Shown piece by piece: positions 27,556 through 41,106 of a stretch of 64,000 nucleotides of DNA. Made by a program: the position numbers and the translations under genes. The stretch is from the human T2T-CHM13v2.0 reference genome, Homo sapiens: the NCBI RefSeq assembly GCF_009914755.1, contig NC_060934.1. One strand, written 5' to 3'. The notes below the pieces were generated by a model. That model searched no databases. It saw only the letters and a list, made by a program, of their open reading frames with translations, and was not told the DNA's origin. Each line of letters starts with the position of its first letter. Within the stretch, counting starts at the first letter, position 1.

Positions 27556-28857
27556 AGCCATGTGGCCTTGGATCATTCATTTTCCCTCTCTATGCCTCAA
27601 TTTCCTAATCTATAAAATGGGAAGAATAGACTAGAAAATCTCTAGGGCCCTCTAAATTACCTTCCCAATTGATTATGAGTGCCCAGTTCTAGTGGCACAA
27701 GATGCTCCCTCACTGACTGACATTTAGTGATCACAGCAGCATCAATAATAGCTTAAAACCTAGAAGTGGAGGTGGTAAGGTTAAGGTGTCCTTGGTGGCT
27801 GTAGCCTCCTCCTCCAGGTAGCCCTTCACAATATAAAGCCCCACCTTGGCTTCTCTCAGGCCATTGGCCTTTCCAAGGGGATGCTGATGCCCATCACTGA
27901 CCAGACTTCATCCATCCACTCAGTCATTCATTCATTTATTTGCCACTGACAATCTCATATATTCCAAGCTCTGTACTGAGCCTCCACTCTGCTCTACCAT
28001 TACCAAGGGATAAAGTGTGAACAGATTTGGGGTAAGGAGCGGGGAATGCATGGAAGAAGAGCTGTAAGATCCAGGTCCCAGTTTTCCCTCTGCCAGCCAG
28101 TTAAATTCTAGTTCAGAACTCACTTCTCCCAGGAAGCTTCCCAGGTTCCCCCAGCCCCATGTTCAACCTAGAATGCGCATGTCTCTGGTGGTCTGCCAGG
28201 AGAATGGGAAGCCACAGGACAAACATGGTGCATCTTTCTGAAGCATCAAGATAATACAAAGATTGGGGGAGAGCATGATTTAAGTAATGAAACTTGTCAA
28301 TGGCTTCAAACATTAATTTAGATTGAATTAACCATAGATATAGTAGAAAGCTAAGATGGCACAATTTTTTTTAAGAAATAAGAATCTAAGAAACAGTAAG
28401 CTTCCGGCTATGGCCCACAGATAACCTAGAGAATGACAGACACTCATCTCCTCTGGTCACTATGGGAACCATCAAAGGAGATTCTGATAACCCATTCACT
28501 TAAACCCCTGGCTCTGCCACTTACCAGCTTGACAGCTCGGTATCCTAAGTATTTAACCTCCATATGCCTGTTTTTCCTTCCATTAAAGGAAATCATATTG
28601 CTAAATGGGGTTATTAACCACAACTTCATTGAATGAGCATAAGGGGCAGAAGTGATACTGTCTTGAAATGTTTAGCATGGAACATTGATAGTCATTTTTA
28701 TTAAGTACTAAGTGCTACTAGTAAAAAAAAAAAAAACTATATGTATTAAGCACCTACTACTTGCTAAGCACTGTGTTAGGCATTAGGGAAATAAAGGTAC
28801 AGATGAGAGTATCTTACAATTAAGTGCCTACTTTTTGCCAGGCACTGAGCCAGTATA

Positions 28858-29135
28858 TTTTTTATTTTTTTTATTTAATTGAATACACATAATGCAATGC
28901 ATGCTTTTCAGGTGCAAGGTGGTATGAGCACAGAACACTTATTGCTTGGAAATTCACTTCATTGGATTGTCATGGCTATGGCAATCATTTATGCTGCCCC
29001 AGGTGTCTTCTTGTAAAACCCATTCTCTTTAGTCTGTGACAATATTCTTACTAGACATGTGTTGTCTATATCTGGTTAACAAAACAAAGGGGCTAGAGAC
29101 AACATGAGACTGACAGTCACCAAAACTCCACCACC
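28858..29135 (-). other. Unidentified polyadenylated retro-insert (processed-transcript fragment or highly diverged L1 3' end) inside a MIR
   Basis: Minus strand ends ATTAAATAAAAAAAATAAAAAA; both flanks read as contiguous MIR (GCCAGGCACTGAGC | ATTTAGCCCTCA). Confidence 0.45.
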
Positions 29136-29169
29136 TCTAATTTATTTAGCCCTCATGTCCAGCCTCCTG

Positions 29170-29500
29170 AGAGGCAGTACAGGAAGTATTTTCACACCTG
29201 ATCTCTGGAGTCAGATCACGTGCCACAGCTGGAATTCTGGCTGTGCCCCTTACCGGCTAAGTAACCTTGGGCAAGCCACTTGACCACTCCAAGTTTTGTT
29301 TTTTCCTTTGTAAAACAGGAGTAAAAATAGTTCCTTTCTCATAGGATTGAATGGTTGTTTCTTATCTGTTAAGCAAAACAAAAATAGTTCCAACCTCATA
29401 CAAATGACTGAGGTAACACACCTAAACTTTTAGCCCATTGGCTGGGACATAAAAAGTGTAAATTAAGTGAAGCCGTAGCTGTTATACCTTATTATTATTA
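29170..29500 (+). mobile_element. MIR with an internal partial duplication
   Basis: CTCTGGAGTCAGA...GTAACCTTGGGCAAGCCACTT; AAAAATAGTTCC...CTCATA occurs twice. Confidence 0.75.
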
Positions 29501-30299
29501 TTAGCTCCTTACTGCCCCACACAACATTTTACCGGAGCCAGCGTGCTGGCTCTTTTTGCTACTTGGTATGAGTCATCTCCTGTCATCTCCCATGAGATAA
29601 ATATAAGAAAACTAGTGGGAGTCAGTGAAACAGAGAAGCAAATAAGTCCTCAGCCAGAATCATCCATCTTTAGGGATGAAAACAGAACTACCCCTTACTG
29701 GGCAGGTACCGTGCTGAACCCTTTATGCATCTCTTCATAGTTAATCCTCAAATTACTCTATGAAGAAGCCTCCCAGCCCACTGCTCCCTATGACTCATCA
29801 CGGCCCTCTTATTCTTCCCCCAGAATCTAGAGGGGAAACATCTCCCCCGACACCAATAGTCATGACCCAGTTATGGGTTTCCCTGGCTAGCTGACATCCA
29901 ACAGGATGACATCACATTATGCAATCAATCCTTACCCACAAGTGGGTCCATGTTAATTTCTTTTCAGCGTGTTTTATGTACATCTGTGTGTTTTCCATTT
30001 TCAGCCCCAATGAGCAAACTGTCCATTGGCTTATTAGGGTGCCTGTCAGATACATTTTTGCACTGTAACTCTTCAGAGACACAAAGTCGTCCTCCTTCAT
30101 GAATAGAAAAGCAGACCATTACATGTTGGTTCCAGAGGCCCTTCAGAATTGAGGAAGAATATCCTGGAGAAAGAGCTCATGGCAGAGGGCTCTGCGCAAG
30201 AGAATTGACACTAGGTTTCTTAAGCTTTCTGGGTCTGAGATCCCTTGTCTGCAAAATGAAGACTTTGAACCTCCATGGTCTTCAGGTTGCTTCACTTAT

Positions 30300-30560
30300 C
30301 CATAAATTAATAACTATTGTGTTCCAGCTATATGCATGCCAGGCACTGGGATACCAGTGACCACGACAAGCAACGTCCTGCTCTCATGGTGTCTGCTTTG
30401 TAGTCACAAAGACAATAAGCAAAGAAATAACTTCAGACAGTAAGAAGTAGCATGAAAAAAAAATGATGATGAGATAGTGCCTTGGGTGGGGCAGGAGGAG
30501 TCACTTTCAATGGGATGGTTAGACAGGCCCTTAAGGAAGCAACAATGAGCCTGAGAATTC
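30300..30560 (-). mobile_element. L2 fragment
   Basis: ATGCCAGGCACTGGGATACCAGTGACC...CCTGCTCTCATGG. Confidence 0.65.
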
Positions 30561-31194
30561 TAAGGGAAGAGGGCAGAGGAAACAGTTATAAAAGTTGTTG
30601 AGTTTTCATTAGGGAAACAATCTGGGTCTATGACAAAGGAGCCACTGAGCTGACCAAGATGAGAAAATGCTGTTTTTCCATACGCTGTCATAACATAGAC
30701 CCTCCAGGCCCTGGCAAGGGCAGGACCTGACTCCTCCTCTACAAACATTCGTAAGTGCCGACTGCATGCAAGGCTCAGCCTCCAAGTCTAATCACAGCCC
30801 AGAGCCAAGTGTCTGGAGGCAATGAGAGGAATGCGCTCTGACCTTTCAGAGTGGCAATGACAATGATAAATGAAGGGGCATTTGGATGCTCGCCCTTGAC
30901 TATAAGAGGAAACAGGCAGACTGTGAACTGGGGCTCATGTTCTGAAGCTTAAGTTTCACCCATTATGCAGTTTCTAGGGTCACTTGTTGCCACAGAGTAG
31001 GGCAAGAATTTGAACTTAAGGACTGCCCTGGTGGACTTACAGACCCCTCAGCTGTCAGCATAGATCTCTGAGCTGAAAGCACATGGGCAACCTCAAAGCT
31101 TGCAATATCTTCTGCTGGGGGAGTGTGGGGGAGAAGGAAGGAGGGGGAAGTGAGGAGGTGAGAGGGACAGGGGACAGAGTAAGGAGTGGCCTGG

Positions 31195-31290
31195 TGGGCA
31201 TGGGGGTGACTGAGGCAATATAAAAGGCTGTGCTGAAAGTCAAAACACTTGGGTCACAGTGCCAGCAGTACGCAGAGGAGTCAGGTAACC
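31195..31290 (+). promoter_or_regulatory. Candidate TATA-box core promoter with a short first exon and splice donor
   Basis: GGGGGTG (CACCC box), TATAAAAG at 31219-31226, Inr-like CA at about 31247 or 31256, CAG|GTAACC donor at 31285; non-repeat context; motif evidence only. Confidence 0.35.
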
Positions 31291-31329
31291 TGTCCAGCCA
31301 TTACAATAGAACCAGGGCAGCACCTGCTA

Positions 31330-31520
31330 GGGCCAGGCATGGAGCGGGCTCCTCGCTCACAGTATCTCATTTAACCCTCAACACAACACTGGGGAAAGTA
31401 CTATTATTATCCCTAATAGAGAGAGGGGGCTGCAAGAGATTTCACGCCTTGCCCAAGGTCACATAATGGCAGAGATGGAATTCTAACTTGGGTCAAGCCA
31501 ATTTCAAGTTGTTAACTCAT
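31330..31520 (-). mobile_element. MIR SINE
   Basis: ATCTCATTTAACCCTCAACACAACAC...TTGCCCAAGGTCACAT. Confidence 0.75.
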
Positions 31521-32669
31521 TGGTTATATGGGAAGGGTAATCACATGTGCTCTACCTGTCTCATGCATTTGTTGGGAGATCAAATGAGATGAGAAGGTGC
31601 TTTGGCAACATTAATGAGCTGTTCCAGGGTCTGCTGGTGCCAGCATGGTTCCTAGCAGTGCTGCTGTCTGCATAGGTTCCTGCCCCCAACCAACCACACA
31701 CCTATTTCCCACTCTCCCACTATCTCCTGAAATTCTGGCCCATGCTTCTCCCCTGGGGTGGTGGCACATTCCCCCATGGCCGCCCTTCCCCGGAGCAGCA
31801 GCAGCCCTATCCCCAGCCAAGTCTTGGCACTGGACCCGCAGGATGGGGAGGGCATGTGGAAAATCTGAGGAGATGTTTTTCTTCCTTGGGAAGGACGCCA
31901 AACTGCAGTTTGCTGGCGTTCTGTAAAGTATGCACCCAGAGAAGATTTAGTTTAGGAAGAAATGGGGGAAAGAATCCCTCACTATTTGCTTAGTGAGCTG
32001 GGTTGGCCAAGCCAGAGCCAAACCCCACATATTTGGGCTGACTCGCTATGTTTACAAAACAGGCCCATGTTCCAGGAGATGACTGGGGAGGCAGCAAAAC
32101 AGTCAGGAAGGAGGGCTCTGTAGGCCTCTCTCTGGCCTCCTTTCCATCCCCCGTCTCCAGCCCACATCTGTGGCTTGCTTTCTTGGGCCTGGAAGGCTGG
32201 GGGTGGGTCAAGGGAAAGGTGGGCCACCATGACCTCTTTTGCATGGTGGCTTTCTCACTCCCTACCCCTTCAACTCCATGAAGCCCACTGTCAGAACTGA
32301 CCAGAGGACACCACCTCCAGGGAGGCTTCCTAAGCCCTGAGGCTAGGTCTAGGCTCTTTCCCAAGGGCTTCCTCAGGCTCCTTCAGGGCAGAGACCCCTC
32401 CACTTTTGCTCACTGCAGTATCCCCAGGATGGTACTTCAATGAATAAATAAATGACTAACAGCTCTGGCCTCCTATATCCCACGCTGGGGCTTTTCCCTA
32501 GTTCAGATCCAGAATTCCTTGGATCTGAACAGTGACATCCTGGGTGTTGGGTTGTGTTTGTTTTGTGTTGCATTGTTCTCCCTTGCTTTCCAGTCGTATC
32601 TCCTATGCTTCTCAGCCTTTCATTAAATGCTGCATCAACAATGAACTGCTTGCAATTTCTCACCTGTTT

Positions 32670-33005
32670 CTGCCTCATGCCTTTGCTCAACCTGACCCCT
32701 CTGCGCCCACCCCTCCCTGCCACTCCTAGTCAGCCTTGAAGATTCAGTCCCAACCTCTTTTCATCCGGAAGTCTCCCCTAACCCTCCCCACCCTACCCTC
32801 TCTGTCTCCCCCTTTGGTTAGAGGTCTCTTATCTCAGATCCCATAAAAACCTTGCCACGCTTATCACTGTTTACATAGCTGTCCCTGCTCCCAGACTCCA
32901 GGCTACTTGGGAGCAGGGAACGTGTCCTAATTGCATCTATCCCTTGCCCTTAGCACAGCGCCTGACATGCAGCAGCTGTTCAACACATGCTTGCTGAATT
33001 AATTC
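32670..33005 (+). mobile_element. L2 3' region
   Basis: GGGAGCAGGGAACGTGTC...CTTAGCACAGCGCCTGACATGCAG...TTGCTGAATTAAT. Confidence 0.65.
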
Positions 33006-33899
33006 ATTAACTAACATATGCAGAAGCTAATAATAGCATGCAATGTCATGGGGCCGAGTGTGCATGAGATCCCAGCAAATGCTGTGAGCAAAGAGGAAGA
33101 AGCCATTGCCGTGGGCCCGAGTGACTTGGGTTGGGGAAGAAATGGTGTGGAAAGAGAAACCGACGGGGCATACAGCGCAGAAGGCAGAATGGAGGCAGGA
33201 TGGAGAACGGTCATCGGGTAGCAGGGTGAAATGAGAAAAAGGCCAGGCTTTTAAAAACATAAATCAATCACAGCCTACTCCTGCTTAAAACTCCAGTGGC
33301 TTCTCTCTGTGTTTTGGGAAAAATCCAAACATCTTGTCAAAGCCTGCGAGGCCCCTAGATCTAGCCCAGACCTCAAACTTTGGAAAAGAGGAAACTATGT
33401 CCCAGAATAACAGTTACAGGGATGCTATGATCATAGTGTTTTTATTTAAAACGCTGGTTTTTGTCTAAAAAATTTTAGCAAATCATGTGTAATATTTTTT
33501 CACCACAGATGTATTTGCCTTCGGTTTGAAATCCCAAGTACAATTTTCCAGAGCTTTTTTCTTATGTGAACCAAGTCCTGTGAGCCTTTTACATAACACA
33601 GTTGAAATTTTTGTTTTTTCCATCATGACCCATTTGAAAGTTGCCCTATTTAATGCCGTAGGAGCCTATTTCGGGTTTGTTTATCTTTTAAATTGCTACG
33701 GGACCTTAATGTTACAGCCTTCAAACAGGGTCTTCTGAGAACTAGGGAGAGACAAGTTATTTGTTTGATCCGTTGCTAGCTGCTGAGGCCTCTCTTCATG
33801 CCAGTCACTGAGCCAGGAGTGACACCGACATGTTCCTTCCCACAAAGAACTTATGATCTGAGAGGAGACGGCACACCCAGTATCAGGTGGTGATTTTCA

Positions 33900-34100
33900 A
33901 GGCAGGCACTGAACTGACCACTTTACATACCTTATCTCCTACTCTTCCAATAATCAGGGGGTTGGAAAATATTACCCTCATTTTATAAATAAGAAAACTG
34001 CAGCTGAGAGAGACCAGAGACTTACCCAAGGGTGGCATCAACTGAGTGGCAGGATGGGAACCTGAGCCCAGGTGTGCCTCCACCGCTGCACTTTGCCTTG
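33900..34100 (-). mobile_element. MIR SINE
   Basis: CATTTTATAAATAAGAAAACTGCAGCTGAGAGAG...CTTACCCAAGG. Confidence 0.7.
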
Positions 34101-36684
34101 GTCTAAAACAAAACCAGACTAGCCATACAAAGGAAGAGAAGCAATGGCTACAAACATTCTGAGTAGAAGCAGCTGTCCCACATTTCACCTAACCCACCCC
34201 TGCCCCCACGGAATGAGGTAATAGTTAACAGCTAACAGGTGTTGAAGATCTGTGCCTGCCTGGCCCTTTTGTCTAACTCTATTCCCTGTAATAACCTCCA
34301 AGGTAGGTAATGCAATTCCATTTTACAGTGGAGTCTCTGGAGATGCTCAGAGAGGCTAAAGAATTTGTGCTGGGTGACACAACTAGAGGCAGGGTCAATA
34401 TTCAAATGCTGTCTTAAGGCAAAGCCTTATTCCCCTACTTCTCCCAGCTTAGATAAAGCAATGAGCATCAGACAACTTGGTTTATTATAGCTCCAGGAAG
34501 ATTACTGAGAAAGGATGTCCAAAGTTGTGCTTAGCAGAGAAACACTAGTCCTGAAGCAGGAACTTATGGAAATACAGAGAAAAGACTTAGTTTCTAAAAA
34601 GGCCAGTAAGAACAGGCCCAGGACACTGGGAAGGAAGATCTCCTGCAGCATCACAGCAGAGCAGGGGAGTCTGCGGCTATCATCATCAATTCTAAAATAG
34701 CATGGCTCTCAACAGAGCCTGGGCGAAAGCCAGATTACCCCAAGGCCTAACTGATCAATAAACACGTTCTACAGTGAAAGGTATATAGTCAACTTTAGGA
34801 ATCAAAAAAACAGCAAGAGCCACCAAGGACAATCAGAGATGAGAGCCCAGAGAAAGTGCCGACAGAAAGGTCGGAGAGGACAGGAATTGATACTGACAGA
34901 GCAGGACTTGTTCGACGCCCCAGGGCTTGGCACAGAGCAGGCAGGTGTTTATAGCACAGTGGAGTTCCTTCCTATTCCAAGCAAACTGTATGCACCTGGG
35001 GGAGTGGAGATGGAGACAGAGAGAAAAGAGAGGGAAGAAGAGAGACTTTAAAACGATGCTTTGACTCCACCAGACATTATACTCCATGAACGCATGCCCC
35101 TGAGTAAATATGAGAAGGGAGATGGGCCAGGTCCCCTGGGGATCTCTTAGTGAGAGCTTCACATGACATTAAAGGTGACTGTTGTGTTCAAAGGTATCTT
35201 TCATTCATCGTGACTTCTAAATGCAAGCCAATCAATTCATCTTGTGCTCATCCAAAGACAGTGAAATGTTTGAATGCTGAAAAATAAGATCTCTGTGACG
35301 GCCTGAGTGAAATACTGCAAAGGGTCACTTTCCAATGCAGAGTCATGGGGAATTTTGACTGCATAAGCTTTTAATCTTTTGTGCTGACTTTGGAACCATC
35401 CCCAGGTCCATAAGACTCCACTGTCTGGATGCCTGATACTCTGAAGGCCCAGGGCCCAGAGCCTGAAGTCTGACATGAACTGATATGTGTTTCATGAAAA
35501 TTGGTATTGTTTTTAAAATAAAGACAGCTAAGTTTCTCACCACTAGCAATTACAGTGTGGCTGGATAACCCCACTGGGGAACGTATTTGGGGAGGATTTT
35601 CAGGAAAGAAAGAAAGGCATTTTCTTTTCCCCTATTGCTTCCTCCTATATTCCTTTACTCCAGGAAATCTGAAGTTCTCTTGCACCAATGGAGAGCTTAG
35701 GGGCATTTGTTTTCCAAAGCTAGCCCTACTGGGCTGATACAAGATGGAATGGAAGTAGCTAAGGAAAGTAGAGGAGAGTTTCTGGAGGGAGAGAATGGTG
35801 GATAGAGGAGCAAGGGTAGCTGAGAGGCAGGGTCCTATACCCTGTTCCCATGCAGTGTCCCACAGAGCCCGGATTTTGGGTATGAGGTGACTGCCAGATG
35901 GCCGAGACTAAGCACAATGGCCTTGAGCCATGGAAATGGTCCCTGTGGCTGAGCCTGTGGTCAATAGGCTTAAAATCTGCAAGGGAGAGCAAGACTAGTA
36001 CAATACTCTTCCAATAAGTTGTGTTGGGCAGATGGTGGAAGATCACAGCACCAGACACCATCAGGGAAGCAAAAGGAGCAAGGCAACAATGGAGTTACCA
36101 TGAGCTATAGCTTGGGTGCCTCCCACATTTTCCCAGAACCAGGAATCTGGTACACTCCAATGCAAGAGAGGGAAGAAGCCCCACTAGTGGCTGACGTTGG
36201 ATTTCTCCTTTACCTGAAGAATAGGGTCAGGGTGTTTGAGCTGTGTTACTTTCATTTAGAAAAAGCCATAAATGTATTGCTTCTTAAGCCTGAGTTCTGC
36301 TCCCAGTTTCTCCCTGGATATAATTATTGTGTCTAACAGTAGCAGAGTCCTCCTCCCTTTATATTTCCATGTGCAAAAGCTTCTGAGCTCTGAATATCAT
36401 TAGGAATGGATTATGGAAAGGTCTCATATCCTCAAAGGCTGAGACCTCTTCCACAGTCCCCTCTGGGTGTTCATTGATGTTTGCCATTATCCATTTCAAC
36501 CTTGTGGAGAACTGAGTTCTTTAAAAAAACAACATTGGTACACCCTCTAAATGCCACAGGTGACCTCAAGTGTGTGGGCTGTGTAGTGACCAGCATGACT
36601 GACACCTTTTAGGTGCTCAATAAATGTTTCTTGAAAATAAAAAATGAATAAGTGAATAAATGAATTGATTAAGCTGGGTTTCTT

Positions 36685-37745
36685 ACTTAATAGACTATTT
36701 CTCAGAGAAGTTTTGGATTTACAGAAAAAGTGAACAGAAAGTACAGAACATTCTCATATACCACCTCCTGCCCCCCACTACCCACCCCACCTCAGCTACA
36801 TACAGTTTCCCCTATTTTTGTTTGTTTGTTTGTTTGAGACAGAGTCTCACTCTGTTGCCCAGGCTGGAGTGCAGTGGCAGATCTCAGCTCACTGCAACCT
36901 CCGCTTCCCAGATTCAAGCAATTCTCCCACATTAGCCTCCAGAGTAGCTGGGATTACAGGCATCCACCACCACGCCCAGATAATTTTTGTATTTTTAGCG
37001 GAGACAGGGTTTCACCATGGTGGTCAGGCTGGTCTCGAACTCCTGACTTCAAGTGATTCGCCCACCTCGGCCTCCCAAAGTGCTGGGATTATAGGCGTGA
37101 GCCACACCATCTGGCCAGTTTCCTCTATTATTAACATCTTGCATTGGTGTGGTACATTTCTTACAACTGATCGATCAATATTGATACATTACTATTTGTT
37201 AAAGCCTGCAGTTTACCATCAAGTTTACTCTTTGTGTTGTATAGTTCTGTGGGTTTTGCCAAATCCATGGTGTAATGTATTCACCATCACCATAACATAA
37301 TAAAGAATAGTTTCACTGCCCTGAACACCTTCTGTGCTCTGCCTATTCATCCCCACCTCCCTGCTAACTCTTGACAACCATGCATCTTACTTTCTTTACA
37401 GTTTTGCCTTCCCAGAATGTCATATAGTTGGAATCATACAGCACATAGCCTCTTTAGACTGGCTTCTTTCCTTAGCAATATGCAGTTAAGCTTCTCCCGT
37501 GTCATTTTGTGGCTCGATGGTTCTTTCTGTGCAATATTTCTTTGTCTGAACTTACAAGTTTATTTACCCATTCACCTATTAAAGGACATCTTAGTTGCTT
37601 CCAGTTTTTGGCAATAATGCATTAAGCTGCTATGAACATTTGTGTGCAGATTTTATGTAGGAAAAATGTTTTCAACTCATTTGGGCACATACCAGGGAGC
37701 ACCGTTGATGGATTATATGAGAAAGACTGTGTTTAGCTTTGTAAA
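36685..37745 (-). mobile_element. L1MC/MD-type 3' end interrupted by an Alu
   Basis: TTTACAGAAAAAGTGAACAGAAAGTACAG...ATTAACATCTTGCATTGGTGTGGTACATTT. Confidence 0.8.
36817..37116 (-). mobile_element. AluSx/Sz-like
   Basis: Dimeric Alu; TSD AGTTTCC(C/T)CTATT. Confidence 0.95.
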
Positions 37746-39494
37746 GCCCGATTTTTTAAAAAACCAATTTCTAACTAGCATTATCTAATAAAATAGGGGG
37801 AGAGTGGTAAGTTATGTGTTTACTTCCCACAGTGTAGAACTATAAAGCAGGCCCTACTTTTATTGGTACTAAACAAACTGTTCAGACTTCCAAGTGTAAT
37901 CCTAAATTGTAGTATACTTGGATTTGGTGACTAATATGCTACATAATTGCCCTTTGATTTCATTTTTGCCTTTTCAATTTGACTGCCAAGTCAGACTATC
38001 TGAGAAGGCCCCTACCCACAGGAATAATATATTCTAGTGGGAGAGACAGTGAATAAGTATACAATTAAAACCTATAATCAGGGGAAAGTTGCTGGATAGA
38101 AAAATACCACAAATAAGCAGGCAAGAAAACAAATGAGTTTTCCCATTAACTTATAGTAGTGAGTCTGCTTGGGGAGCTAAACTAGAATTTGGGGAGGAGG
38201 ATGGAAGAGGGAGGGTAACTCAGAGACAATTTGGCTTCAGGAAGGTACAGTTAGAAGCTGCCAATGATTCAAGTTGCCCTCCAACAGGGGAAGGCAAGTA
38301 TTTTAAGGGAAATGATTCATGTGTTGGGCAAAGAACTTTAAAACATGAAGACAGAAAACAGGATGTCTTTACATCTTCTGTCTCCAAAGTCAGCAGCCTT
38401 TTGCTTCACCTTACGTCATACTCACTTCACCTCCTCCAACTAGAAGAAGCTTGCCTTTTTCTTACCACCCCACACATGGCTGTTTTGCACAGTCAGTGCT
38501 CAAGAAGAGTTTACTGCATTCAGAGGGGAAGCTTTTACCAAAACACATATGCAAAAAAGGACTTCACTTTTGCCTTCAAAGTTTAACTACACAAAAATCA
38601 AACAAAACCAGAAATACTGTCCTCTTGGCAATTAAGGTTTTTTTTCCTTTTAGTGGTATTGGAATGAAACCAGCATATACATTTTCAGAGCTTTATAATC
38701 ATTAACTATTCTCCACCATCCTGGGAATTGTGAACTTGGATGAAGTCCAAGAATCTTAGCAACAAGAGAGCAGCTCCCAAGCACAACCCCAGTCCTCCGA
38801 TGGGGCCAGAATCTCCCAGACAAAGCACTATTTATCGACATGAACTGTCTTGCTTGCAGAGCTGGAATCCCAAGGACCGAGCTAATGAGAAGACTCAGAG
38901 CCAGGGTGTCATATGGAGTTAGGAAGGCCAACCCATTAACAGTCTGTATCTCTGTGCTCTGCCCAGATTGGAGGAGATGCAGAACAAACATGTACGGTGG
39001 CTTCTGAAGGGTTCCAACACTTGACACTTGAACACCAGGAAAATCACTGTGTTTAACTGGGAGTGTGGGAAAGGACGCAGACCAGGCAATGTTTTCTGAT
39101 TAGATGGGCAGGGCCCCGCCCGCATGGAGCAGCAGAGGCAGCCAGCTGTAGGTCCAGGGGGCAGGAATGTTCACAAACTCCTGAGCATGATGGTCAGGGC
39201 TTTCTGCTTGATGAATCTGAGGGTGAGACCCAACCCCTCTCCTCTCTTTCTAAACCTACCTCTTCCAAAGGCATTCCCTAGGGCCCAACTACTGGCGCCA
39301 ATGAGAGATGCAACCTCAGCATAGCAGTAGGTGTCCCGTGATTTCAGAAGGATAATTTACTTCCCTGAAAACCCCTGAAAAAAGGAGGTAACATTTTTCT
39401 GCCCTCCATCTAGAATTTCCTTTGAATGTTAGCAAGATTTAGCAAGTCAAGCACAGAAGAGGGCTTCAATTTATGTTAATGACAGCCAATGATC

Positions 39495-39900
39495 ACCAAC
39501 ATTTAGCTTCACACAGAGCAATGTGCTAAGCACTTTACATTCATCATCTTACTTTATCCTCACAACTCTATAAATTAGCAACCTCACAAATCCCACTTTA
39601 CAAATGGAAAAACAGAGGCTTAGAGAAACTAAGGTTGGCAGCTCTCAAAGTGTTAGTCCTAGGACCAGCAGCATCAACATCAGGAAACTTGCTAGAAATG
39701 AAATTTCTCAGGCCCCACCCCAGCCACACTGAATCACAATCTCTGGGAGTGGGACAATCTAGCCTTTAACAAGCCTTGAAGAGAATTCTGATGCACACTC
39801 AAGTGTGAGGACCTGTGGACCAGGCAACTTGGCAAAACTACACAGCAAGTAGGATCTAAACACCAGCAGTTTGGCTCCAGAGCCCTGTTTTTAACCGCTG
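39495..39900 (-). mobile_element. MIR interrupted by MER5A (about 39637-39822)
   Basis: MIR AGAGGCTTAGAGAAACTAAG | CAACTTGGCAAAACTACACAGC joins across MER5A (CTCTCAAAGTG...GACCAGCAGCATC...TCTGATGCACACTCAAG). Confidence 0.75.
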
Positions 39901-40294
39901 TGCTACGAATTTACCTGGACGCTAGACATAAGAGCTCCCGTCCTGCCTACAATCACAAACTCCAAATGTAGAGCATCAGCAGACATTAGTAAATGGTTGG
40001 CCTTTGAAAATGTCTGTCAGATTTATGTGGAGGGATAAAAGGGATAAGCAACCTGACTTTTCTACATTAAGGCTTTGGCATCTCACTGGCGTCATAAGGC
40101 ACTGTCACATTCCTCATGGGAATGAAGATTTCCTGCTTGTGAATCACCACTCTCTGCCCCTGAAAGAGGGCACACCCACAGGCTACACCCAGACCTTATG
40201 GAAGCTTCATTTCACACCCAAGAAGTAAGGCAGATCAACTCAGTGGAACAAGGGAATGACGTGCAGAGAGCTGATATTCAAAACTAAAAAATTA

Positions 40295-40612
40295 ATTTCA
40301 AGGGCAGAGGGAATGGTAGAGGAAGAGATTTGTTAAAGAATACAATATTACAGCTAGATAGGAGGAGTAAGTTCTAGTGTGCTACACAGCATTGTAGGAT
40401 GATTATAGTTAACAATAACATAGAGTTTCAAATAGCTAGAATTATATCAAATGTTCCCAATACAGAAAAATTATAAATGTTTGAGATGATGGATATGCTA
40501 TTACCCTGATCTGATCACTATACATTATTTGTATCAAAACATTACTATGTACCCCATGAATATGTACAATTATTATTTGTTGGCTTAAAAAAAATAAAAT
40601 AATATTGTAAAA
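40295..40612 (+). mobile_element. L1MA-type 3' end, 5'-truncated
   Basis: TTACAGCTAGATAGGAGGAGTAAGTTCTAGTG...GATGGATATGCTA; TSD AAAACTAAAAAATTA. Confidence 0.88.
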
Positions 40613-40635
40613 AAAACTAAAAAATTATTAGCGTC

Positions 40636-41106
40636 TGTATTAGAGTCTTGGGACTGCCATCGTAAACTACTACAAACCAGAAGGCCGAGCACAATGGAAA
40701 TTTATTGTTAAACAGTTCTGGAGGCTAGAAGTCTCAAATCAAAGTATTGGCAGGTCTGTGTTCACCTGAAACCTATAAGAGAAGGATCTTTCTTGCCTCT
40801 TCCAGTTTCTGGTGGTCCCAGATGTTCCTTGGCTTGTGGCTGCATAATTCACATGGCACTTTCCCTGTGTCTCTTCATATCATCTTCCCTCTATATGTGT
40901 CTGTGTCTGTCTCTGTGTCCAAATTTTTCCCTTTTTATAAGGACATGATTCGTGTTGGATTAGGGGCCCATCCTACTCTAGTAATTATACATCCTAACTA
41001 ATTATATCAGCAATGAGCCTATTTCCAAATAAGATCAAGTCTTGAGGTACTGGGGGTTAGGACTTCAGCATTTGAATTTGAGAGGGACACAGTTCAATCT
41101 ATAACA
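40636..41106 (-). mobile_element. MLT1B/C-like LTR
   Basis: CAGTTCTGGAGGCTAGAAGTC...GAGGTACTGGGGGTTAGGACTTCA...CTATAACA; TSD GCGTC/ACATC. Confidence 0.85.

Noticed and set aside
36818-37300. 160-aa ORF
   Set aside because: Antisense Alu plus L1 sequence; typical Alu-derived peptide
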